DNA of 32,000 nt from positions 8,889 through 40,888 of the forward strand of contig VGRY01000036.1 in the NCBI GenBank assembly GCA_016875195.1, read 5' to 3'. The DNA comes from Deltaproteobacteria bacterium (GTDB taxonomy: Bacteria > Desulfobacterota > BSN033 > UBA1163). A program made the position numbers and the translations under genes. Shown here in pieces: positions 17,381-23,607 of this stretch. The notes beneath the pieces were generated by a model, which was not told where the DNA came from, made no database searches, and worked only from the letters and a program-made list of their open reading frames with translations. Position 1 is the stretch's first letter. Every line of letters begins with the position of its first letter.

Positions 17381-17466
17381 AATGAATTGCATAACCTGCG
17401 CGGGCAATCAGCATTGCCCAAGACCTGACGCGGCTAATCCGCGTCAGGTTGATGCTGTTGTTATGT
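17377..17466 (-). other. attC site of cassette C6 (90 bp), branched, with mutated crossover base
   Basis: GCATAAT-GAATT-GCATAAC ... GTT[G]ATGC-TGTT-GTTATGT. Same box design as the attC at 20451. Two internal hairpins (GGGCAAT/ATTGCCC; CCTGACGCGG/CCGCGTCAGG). Left core is AAT, not AAC. Confidence 0.7.
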
Positions 17467-17874
17467 GCTGATATTTATTCTGTAAATATAGGAGTCTTCG
17501 ATAAAGGTCCCATTTATGGTGTTTTTCGAGAATCGAATTCCCGTAATTCCCCTCCCTGTAGATATCGCAATCCTAAGTACGTTGATTAAGGGATTAGAAG
17601 TATCTGCGACCTTGATATCATTCAATGAAATGATTGACTCCGACTCGTCGGCATTCTTGTTCGCTTCCAAAATGCGCTTATAAAAGCTTCTTGGCCCATC
17701 AGTTTTCACCAAAGGTGAAATTACTATCATTTCCCATGTTTTTTCTTCTGGCAGAAATACCCAAAGCGCAGCTTGAACATTTGACAGTGATTCATCAAGC
17801 CGTTCAACAAGCTTCGCCCCAGCATCAATCATCTGCTCCGACAAAACGTCTCTTACCACCAATTCTTTACCCAT
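17461..17874 (-). CDS. conserved hypothetical protein, partner of the HEPN-like gene (cassette C6)
   Basis: 137 aa. AALWVFLPEEKTWEMIVISPLV..DGPRSFYKRI ... RIAISTGRGITGIRFSKNTINGTFIEDSYIYRI. I recall an uncharacterised family of about 120-140 aa with this pattern but no named domain. 22-nt overlap with the upstream gene. Confidence 0.6.
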   Translation of the reverse strand: MGKELVVRDVLSEQMIDAGAKLVERLDESLSNVQAALWVFLPEEKTWEMIVISPLVKTDGPRSFYKRILEANKNADESESIISLNDIKVADTSNPLINVLRIAISTGRGITGIRFSKNTINGTFIEDSYIYRINIST

Positions 17875-18269
17875 AATAAAATCCCCGATCTATTATTTGT
17901 GATTGCTTCAAAAAAGTCCTTTACCGTGGATTCCTCAATGGTATGCTCGTATCTTGCATCTTCAGACCACCGATTTGCCACAGCCCAATTGAGTTTGAAG
18001 TCTTCATCAGTTTTTTCCTTCTCCTGCAACTTCTGCTTTAGGCCTGCCACACCCAATAAATCACTTAACTTATGCGTGTAGGAGGCATTAGCGAGCTGCT
18101 TGTCTGGAAAGTCATGCTCCCTTACCTGCTTAGCGATGCAGGCCTTGATTGCGCATTCCAGCGCATATCCTAGCAAATAGTATGCTCCTTCGTAACATTC
18201 ATTGTCGAGGAGCAATTTTGCTTCCTTAACCCTAACATCCACGAGGGCTTCGAGATCGCTCTTGTTCAT
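17853..18269 (-). CDS. HEPN-like all-alpha protein (cassette C6)
   Basis: 138 aa. GAYYLLGYALECAIKACIAKQV...YTHKLSDLL ... NRWSEDARYEH resembles COG2250/PF05168-type HEPN proteins (assignment from pattern memory). Confidence 0.55.
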   Translation of the reverse strand: MNKSDLEALVDVRVKEAKLLLDNECYEGAYYLLGYALECAIKACIAKQVREHDFPDKQLANASYTHKLSDLLGVAGLKQKLQEKEKTDEDFKLNWAVANRWSEDARYEHTIEESTVKDFFEAITNNRSGILLWVKNWW

Positions 18270-18296
18270 ATTGTTTGACTTACCTTACATTCTTGA

Positions 18297-18379
18297 CATA
18301 ACGCATAAAATCAGGCGTGGGCTACAGGCGACCCCCGATCTGATAGACATCCACCATCGCCTGAATTGCTTAGTTATGT
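18297..18379 (-). other. attC site of cassette C5 (83 bp)
   Basis: CATAAC-GCATA-AAATCAGGCG ... CCA[T]CGCCTGAATT-GCTTA-GTTATGT. Bulged T on the right arm. Identical to the attC at 20170 except for the neighbour-derived left core. Confidence 0.8.
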
Positions 18380-18390
18380 GGGGTTTTATT

Positions 18391-18582
18391 ATGAGTAAAA
18401 CTACTCCGTTTGGATATCACAGATGTCCTAATTGTAAAGAATACGGATCTCATTTTGTCCCACCATCAATGGGAGAACCTGGATTCTTTTATTGCAAGAA
18501 AAACGAGAAGCAACCATGTCCTACTCATGGATATAAGTATGAGCAAGGCTGCGTTGTTTGTGATAAATACTTGTCCACATAA
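18391..18582 (+). CDS. 63-aa zinc-ribbon-like protein, copy A (cassette C5, antisense to the array)
   Basis: MSKTTPFGYHRCPNCKEYGSHFVPPSMGEPGFFYCKKNEKQPCPTHGYKYEQGCVVCDKYLST, with CxxC ... C-x8-C-x2-H ... CxxC. The minus strand of this cassette has only ORFs of 29 aa or less. An alternative ATG lies at 18376 inside the R box. Confidence 0.55.
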   Translation: MSKTTPFGYHRCPNCKEYGSHFVPPSMGEPGFFYCKKNEKQPCPTHGYKYEQGCVVCDKYLST

Positions 18583-18665
18583 CGCTAGAAATAAGGCGCG
18601 GGGGCACTGACCTCCACTAAAAGGCGACGGGACTATTCCCCGTCGCCTTGATTGAGTTGTTAGGG
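18578..18665 (-). other. attC site of cassette C4 (88 bp) with internal GC-rich hairpin
   Basis: CATAAC-GCTAG-AAATAAGGCG ... CGCCTT[G]ATT-GAGTT-GTTAGGG. Inner stem AAGGCGACGGG (18621-18631) / CCCGTCGCCTT (18639-18649). Confidence 0.8.
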
Positions 18666-18716
18666 AATCAATACTCCTTGTGTCCTTTTAGTATCTTCAA
18701 CTGACCCGCGACGGAA

Positions 18717-19772
18717 TTAACGACTTACCTCTCCTTTGGAGGAGAAGAAGAACACCTTAAGGTCCCTTTCCGGGACGAAGTTCCTAACCCGTGACTCGTA
18801 GCGGTTGTTTCCAGTTAGGCGGATTCTCGGATCGAAACAGGTGCTGACCTCTTCATCTGCTTTCTTCTCAATGGTCAGACGAAAGTCTTTTATCGGCCCA
18901 TGCCAGTTATTAGCGGTAGTCAAAATGTAGGAGACCCAAAATCCCCAAGGGCAATCACTACCCATAGCGCCGTTCTTTCTCATCCAAGAGACAAAGCTTT
19001 CGTTGATGCAGGCATGCCTGCGCAAGAACTCTATATCATCACTTTCGCGCGCACAGAACGAACGAAATCCGGCATATGGACCGTAGGAGTGCTTTATAGT
19101 CAACGTTTTGTTAGCGGGGAATCGCTGGGTCCAATGGTATTTAATCGATACTGTCCAATCGGGAAATACAACGTCTGGTTCCGCTTCTATAAAAGCCCTG
19201 AGAATTCCTAAGTCTATCAGTGTCTTCTTATCCGTAGGTTTAAGACGGTCAACAAAGGTGACATAGCGTCTTTTCATGACAGGGTCGAAACCAGATTCGT
19301 ACTTCCCAAAGTCGACAATAGAAATATTCATGTCTGTGAGAATTTGGGTACAGTCCTTTCCTCTTGCGAACGCTTTTACCTCTCGTTTGTAGGGCTCCTT
19401 TTTCCCATCGACCTCTACGATGAAATCGGAGAAGTTTGTCACCGATCGTCCAAGTAGTGCCCACTTATACTCTGGGATAGGAAATGCCACTTCTGTAACG
19501 ATGTCGCTCGTTGACTGGTTCCTAAAATGACAGATCACTTCAACCCTGTCCCTGCTTATGCTTAGTTCTTCTTTGTCAATCGAGATGTCTTTTATGGACT
19601 TGAATTGGAGGCCTGATGGGGTAACTTCTACTGCTGAATCATTGGCACGGGTAGGCTGGCTGAGTGGCATATAGAGGATGAGGAAAGTGGCGCATAATGT
19701 GCAGAAACGAAGAAAGCTAATCTTTTCAGGTAATGGTAATGCAATACCAAATAGGAAAATATGCTTCTTCAT
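18717..19772 (-). CDS. DUF4424-like secreted protein (cassette C4)
   Basis: 351 aa. Signal/TM N-terminus, then ANDSAVEVTPSGLQFKS..DISIDKEELSIS.DRVEV..HFRN.S..D..TEVAFPIP and WTVSIKYHWTQRFPANKTLTIKHSY, as I recall for DUF4424. Confidence 0.6.
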   Translation of the reverse strand: MKKHIFLFGIALPLPEKISFLRFCTLCATFLILYMPLSQPTRANDSAVEVTPSGLQFKSIKDISIDKEELSISRDRVEVICHFRNQSTSDIVTEVAFPIPEYKWALLGRSVTNFSDFIVEVDGKKEPYKREVKAFARGKDCTQILTDMNISIVDFGKYESGFDPVMKRRYVTFVDRLKPTDKKTLIDLGILRAFIEAEPDVVFPDWTVSIKYHWTQRFPANKTLTIKHSYGPYAGFRSFCARESDDIEFLRRHACINESFVSWMRKNGAMGSDCPWGFWVSYILTTANNWHGPIKDFRLTIEKKADEEVSTCFDPRIRLTGNNRYESRVRNFVPERDLKVFFFSSKGEVSR

Positions 19773-19781
19773 TATTATATC

Positions 19782-19844
19782 CCTAACGATAAGCTTCAGT
19801 GGGAGCCGGATTTATCGGCGATCCACTGGAAGCCGTTGTTCTGT
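19782..19844 (-). other. attC site of cassette C3 (63 bp)
   Basis: CCTAAC-GATAA-GCTTCAG ... CT[G]GAAGC-CGTT-GTTCTGT. The C3 ORF stop codon lies inside the site. Confidence 0.8.
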
Positions 19845-20159
19845 GGCTTTCTTGATCTTGAATGATGACTGCCCAAAGAATATCCAACCCACTTGGCCCT
19901 TTTCACCTTGGACCTTTATGGCCATGTAATCCTTCCCATGGCGAATCCGTCTTACTTTCGCGTTAGTGTTGGCCGCAAGTGTAAATATCGGTTTCATTTG
20001 TTTTGTTGGATACGTTTTCCAATCGGTGTAGGCCAGAACTGATTCTTCGGTGAACACGACGTGTTGCCGGTCTTGAACGATGTCGTAGCCAACGAAGGCC
20101 GCGATTCCAACCACTGGAAGTACTACCACTACAATCAATATTGCCCAAATAATCTTCAT
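19812..20159 (-). CDS. membrane-anchored small protein, unknown function (cassette C3)
   Basis: 115 aa. N-terminal TM helix, then a beta-rich domain (KDYMAIKVQGEKGQVGWIFF is SH3b-like by eye). The last ~8-9 residues (from about LPVDRR) are encoded by the attC. Confidence 0.55.
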   Translation of the reverse strand: MKIIWAILIVVVVLPVVGIAAFVGYDIVQDRQHVVFTEESVLAYTDWKTYPTKQMKPIFTLAANTNAKVRRIRHGKDYMAIKVQGEKGQVGWIFFGQSSFKIKKATEQRLPVDRR

Positions 20160-20169
20160 TTAATCGTCA

Positions 20170-20252
20170 CAGAACGCATAAAATCAGGCGTGGGCTACAG
20201 GCGACCCCCGATCTGATAGACATCCACCATCGCCTGAATTGCTTAGTTATGT
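20170..20252 (-). other. attC site of cassette C2 (83 bp)
   Basis: CAGAAC-GCATA-AAATCAGGCG ... GCTTA-GTTATGT. From 20175 onward it is identical to 18302 onward. Confidence 0.8.
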
Positions 20253-20263
20253 GGGGTTTTATT

Positions 20264-20455
20264 ATGAGTAAAACTACTCCGTTTGGATATCACAGATGTC
20301 CTAATTGTAAAGAATACGGATCTCATTTTGTCCCACCATCAATGGGAGAACCTGGATTCTTTTATTGCAAGAAAAACGAGAAGCAACCATGTCCTACTCA
20401 TGGATATAAGTATGAGCAAGGCTGCGTTGTTTGTGATAAATACTTGTCCACATAA
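20264..20455 (+). CDS. 63-aa zinc-ribbon-like protein, copy B (cassette C2, antisense to the array)
   Basis: Peptide identical to copy A. Both alternative reading frames in the ORF track are also identical between copies, showing nucleotide identity. Confidence 0.55.
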   Translation: MSKTTPFGYHRCPNCKEYGSHFVPPSMGEPGFFYCKKNEKQPCPTHGYKYEQGCVVCDKYLST

Positions 20456-20524
20456 CGCTCCGCATAACCGGCTGGCAATGGAGCGCAGCGGAATTACCAG
20501 TCCGAGTTGATGCGGTTGTTGGGC
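20451..20524 (-). other. attC site of cassette C1 (74 bp)
   Basis: CATAAC-GCTCC-GCATAAC-CGGCTGG ... CCAG[T]CCG[A]GTT[G]ATGC-GGTT-GTTGGGC. All three single-base bulges (T20501, A20505, G20509) are on the right arm of the + strand, so the + strand is the recombinogenic bottom strand and the array reads leftward. Confidence 0.85.
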
Positions 20525-20554
20525 GGCATACCGTTGATGCCACGGACCGATGAT

Positions 20555-20899
20555 TCAGCCGATGGCCCGCTCTTTACCCAATAAAAGGATCTTGGCATCA
20601 CCTTTCGCCTGGGCGCTGGCCCAAAACAGATACGGCGCCAAGAACATCATTCCGCCGAAGAAAGCCACAACACCCAGCGCAATTCCTCTACCGGTAAACT
20701 GGTGACGCCAAGCCACCCAGATACCTGAAAGCCCCAAGAAGGTCATAAAATCTAAGTTGAATTGGCCAGACCAAGTCATTTCAGCGATGTTAGAGAAAAA
20801 GACGGGAAGAAGGTTCCATCCATGATTGCTGCCAACAAAAAGCGTGTAACCGGTCAAGCACACAAAAGCCACGACAAGGTAGATGCGGAACACTTTCAT
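20555..20899 (-). CDS. small integral membrane protein (about 4 TM), unknown function (cassette C1)
   Basis: Start set at ATG 20899 (RBS AAAGGAGAG 6 nt upstream); the listed ORF starts at TTG 20917. Hydrophobic throughout. Confidence 0.6.
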   Translation of the reverse strand: MKVFRIYLVVAFVCLTGYTLFVGSNHGWNLLPVFFSNIAEMTWSGQFNLDFMTFLGLSGIWVAWRHQFTGRGIALGVVAFFGGMMFLAPYLFWASAQAKGDAKILLLGKERAIG

Positions 20900-20949
20900 T
20901 TCATACTCTCCTTTCAATTATGTACGGCATTGGGGGATATGCCGCCCAA

Positions 20950-21060
20950 CAATTAATAGACGCAATTCGTATTTTCTGGGAATTGGATCTTCTAATCTTA
21001 GCTTTTTACTCCTTTTCCCTGCTTTTGTCTACGAAATTCTGCAAAAACCGCACAAAATTA
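20950..21060. other. attI region (attI/cassette junction at 20949|20950)
   Basis: Minus strand reads ...G|TTGGGCGGCAT at the junction, the exact partner of C1's R'' box. A possible weak cassette promoter on the minus strand lies further right: TTGCAA (21131-21126), 16 nt, TGCAAT (21109-21104). The extent of attI is not defined. Confidence 0.55.
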
Positions 21061-21089
21061 TTGACCTAATTTCGCGTTTTCCCTATAAT
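21061..21089 (+). promoter_or_regulatory. sigma-70 promoter for intI
   Basis: TTGACC (21061-21066), 17-nt spacer, perfect TATAAT (21084-21089), about 45-55 nt upstream of the intI start. Confidence 0.65.
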
Positions 21090-21133
21090 AGCATAAAATA
21101 CGCATTGCATATATCATCGGTATTTTTGCAAAT

Positions 21134-22438
21134 TTGGAGCCCGAAGTGCCAAATAGGATATTACCCGAGTTTCAGGACTTTCTTATTTCCCGTTCTCTCG
21201 TATCTGCAAAAAATGCGCCTTTTTACGCTCACTGGGTAAGTAGATTCTTTGCATTCTCAAATATCAATCAAGAGCTCGGGTTCAATCTGAAGGTTCAAAA
21301 ATTCTTAAACCAGTTGAAATCTCAAAAGAAAATTGCTGATTGGCAGATCAAACAGGCTGAGGAGGCTCTTCGATTATATTTTCATCATTTTCTGAATGGT
21401 AAAACCTCTACCCTCTCTCCTGAAGAACCACAAAAAAGGGCCATTGATGCCTCCAAGGCTCTTTGTGACATGCGTCAAGCCCTACGTATCAAACATTATT
21501 CTTACAGAACAGAGCGTTCCTATCTTGAATGGGTTGAAAGGTTCTTCGATTACACATCAAAAATAAAGAAAAAGGATGTTCGAGCTGCCGGCTTGGACCC
21601 GGACGATGTAAGAGATTTTCTGAGTTATCTTGCTATGACAAAAAAAGTTTCATCCTCAACACAGAACCAGGCTTTTAATGCACTTCTGTTTCTCTTCAGG
21701 GATGTCCTTAAAGCTGAGCTTGGTGACATGAGTAAAACAGTAAGGGCAAAGCGCGGACAGAAACTTCCGGTTGTTTTATCTCCAGAAGAGATTCAATCTT
21801 TGTTTAAACATATAAAAGGTTTGAATCTTCTGGTTCTTCAGTTACTTTACGGGTCGGGGCTCCGTCTTTTAGAGCTTGCCCGTTTGAGAGTTAAAGACAT
21901 AGATTTCGACCAAAACCTGGTTTTTGTAAGGGGAGGCAAGGGAGATAAGGACAGAACGACAATTTTACCCCAGACCGTAAAGGGCATGCTTAAGAAACAC
22001 CTTGATGAAGTCAAGCAACTTCATGATAAAGATCTTTCTGGAGGATACGGGGAAGTCTATCTTCCAGATGCCCTGGAACGGAAATATCCAAATGCTGTAA
22101 AGGAATGGGGATGGCAGTATGTGTTCCCATCATCAAAGCTTTCTGTTGACCCAAGGAGTGGGAAGATAAGGCGACATCATATCTCCGAAAAGACGATTCA
22201 GAATGCCGTGAAAGAAGCGGCTCAGAAAGCAGGCATTGTCAAGCATGCATCCGTGCATACTCTCAGACACAGCTTTGCCACACACCTTTTGATGAATGGA
22301 GTGAATATCAGGGAGATACAGAATTTACTGGGTCATAAACATGTGGAGACAACGATGATCTACACCCATGTGATAAGGGATATGATCAGTGTTCCCCAAA
22401 GCCCCCTTGATAGCCTTTACAATAAAAAACCACTCTAA
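21134..22438 (+). CDS. intI: integron integrase (tyrosine recombinase) with extended N-terminus
   Basis: 434 aa. Start is TTG 21134, or GTG 21146 after GGAG. Contains the IntI-specific insertion [53 protein letters not shown], colinear with IntI1 [22 protein letters not shown]...DPRSGVVRRHH. Catalytic [12 protein letters not shown] and [16 protein letters not shown]. C-terminal SPLDSL. Confidence 0.93.
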   Translation: [434 protein letters not shown]

Positions 22439-22478
22439 ATATGTTAATTCTCTTTAGTATTAGTGAGGGTGGTTTGTC

Positions 22479-23603
22479 ATGAAAAAAAGAGAAATTATCA
22501 TTTCAGGATTGCTCTTTATTCTTCTTTTATCTCCTGTAAAGATATGTTCTGAGGAGTTCAAACGGGCGCTGCCGGGAAGAACTTTTTCGTTTCCTCAAGA
22601 CCACTATTCACATCCCGAATTTAAAACCGAATGGTGGTACTACACCGGCCATCTTCAGACTCAAGATAAAAAGTCTTTCGGCTATCAGCTTACCTTTTTC
22701 AGGACAGGTTTGAGAAAGGAGAGGAATGATAAAAAATCGAAGTGGGCCATTCAGGATCTCTATTTTGCACATCTCGCCCTCACCGATGAATCGAAGAATC
22801 ATTTTGAATACAGGGAAAAGATGAGCCGGGGCAGTCTTGGCGAAGCCGGCGCTTCAATCTACGGAAGTAAAGAACCCTTTCGGGTATGGATAGAGGATTG
22901 GTTAGTTGAGTTGAAAGGGTATCAATCGCAGAATCACTTTTTAAAGGCCGGAGGCAAGGACTTCGGAATCGAACTTCTGCTCACACCCGGGAAAAGCTCA
23001 ATCATTCATGGACAAAACGGGATCAGTCAGAAAGCCGAAGGGGAAGGATTTGCATCTCACTACTATTCGATCCCCCGTTTAGCAACCGAAGGAAGGATTT
23101 TTTTAAGGGGAAAAGAGCTCGCTGTCCTGGGAATGAGCTGGATGGACCATGAATTCGGTTCAAGCCAGCTCCGTCAATATCAGGTCGGCTGGGATTGGTT
23201 CAGTATTCAGCTCGATAACGGAGTGGATTTAATGCTCTACCAGATCAGGCATAAAGATGGAAAACCTGATCCTTATTCCAGTGGAACGGCCATCTTTCCT
23301 GATGGAAGAAGTGAACACCTTCCCCTTAAAGAATTCCGGATTGAAATCCTGAGTCATTGGAAGAGTCGTAAGAGCAATGCAGTTTATCCTTCACGGTGGA
23401 AGGTCCACCTTCCCCGTTACGGAATCGAATTGACCTTGTCTCCTACAGTGAAGGATCAGGAGTTGATCACCAACGCCTCAACACGGGTGACTTACTGGGA
23501 AGGAAGTGTTAAGGTTGAAGGAAAATACCAGGGCCATTCCATCAAAGGAAAAGGTTATGTGGAATTGACCGGCTATGCCGAAGCCTTTTCGAAGGGAATA
23601 TGA
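22479..23603 (+). CDS. AttH/CrtC-like lipocalin-domain protein (carotenoid 1,2-hydratase family), secreted
   Basis: 374 aa. Signal peptide. FSFPQDHYSHPEFKTEWWYYTGHL...FGYQLTFFR is the hallmark AttH/CrtC N-terminal motif. Confidence 0.8.
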   Translation: MKKREIIISGLLFILLLSPVKICSEEFKRALPGRTFSFPQDHYSHPEFKTEWWYYTGHLQTQDKKSFGYQLTFFRTGLRKERNDKKSKWAIQDLYFAHLALTDESKNHFEYREKMSRGSLGEAGASIYGSKEPFRVWIEDWLVELKGYQSQNHFLKAGGKDFGIELLLTPGKSSIIHGQNGISQKAEGEGFASHYYSIPRLATEGRIFLRGKELAVLGMSWMDHEFGSSQLRQYQVGWDWFSIQLDNGVDLMLYQIRHKDGKPDPYSSGTAIFPDGRSEHLPLKEFRIEILSHWKSRKSNAVYPSRWKVHLPRYGIELTLSPTVKDQELITNASTRVTYWEGSVKVEGKYQGHSIKGKGYVELTGYAEAFSKGI

Positions 23604-23607
23604 GAAT

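Larger units (their letters stand above)
15459..22438. mobile_element. complete integron: intI, attI and leftward array of about 10 cassettes
   Basis: Cassette limits in + coordinates: C1 20456-20949, C2 20175-20455, C3 19787-20174, C4 18583-19786, C5 18302-18582, C6 17383-18301, C7 16917-17382, C8 16383-16916, C9 15718-16382, C10 ?-15717. For most cassettes the first bases (minus strand, TTRRRY..) complement the cassette's own R'' box, e.g. C1 TTGGGCGGCAT vs 20518 GTTGGGCGGCAT; C5/C2 TTATGTGG vs GTTATGTGG; C4 TTAGGGA vs GTTAGGGA; C3 TTCTGTG vs GTTCTGTGG; C9 TTAAGCC vs GTTAAGCC. C8 matches only partially (degenerate GcT core) and C10 has no recognisable attC. Distal end is uncertain (15284-15459). 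Confidence 0.9.

Noticed and set aside
16902-17414. 170-aa minus-strand ORF
   Set aside because: It spans two attC sites and reads as Arg/Ser-rich junk. The alternative frame (16994-17380) gives coherent transmembrane helices and respects the cassette boundaries.
18202-18582. 126-aa plus-strand ORF as listed
   Set aside because: Its first ~63 codons run antisense through the HEPN gene start and the attC. The second copy of the cassette (20249-20455) lacks that extension. Only the shared 63-68-aa part is credible.
18302-20455. The duplicated 281-bp segment as IS, MITE or DGR template/variable repeat
   Set aside because: There are no terminal inverted repeats of its own and no transposase or reverse transcriptase. 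The copies are identical rather than A-mutated, and the ends coincide exactly with attC crossover points.
21104-21131. Cassette promoter Pc on the minus strand (TTGCAA-16-TGCAAT)
   Set aside because: The -10 matches the consensus at only 4 of 6 positions and lies in AT-rich DNA. It is mentioned as a possibility, not called as a feature.
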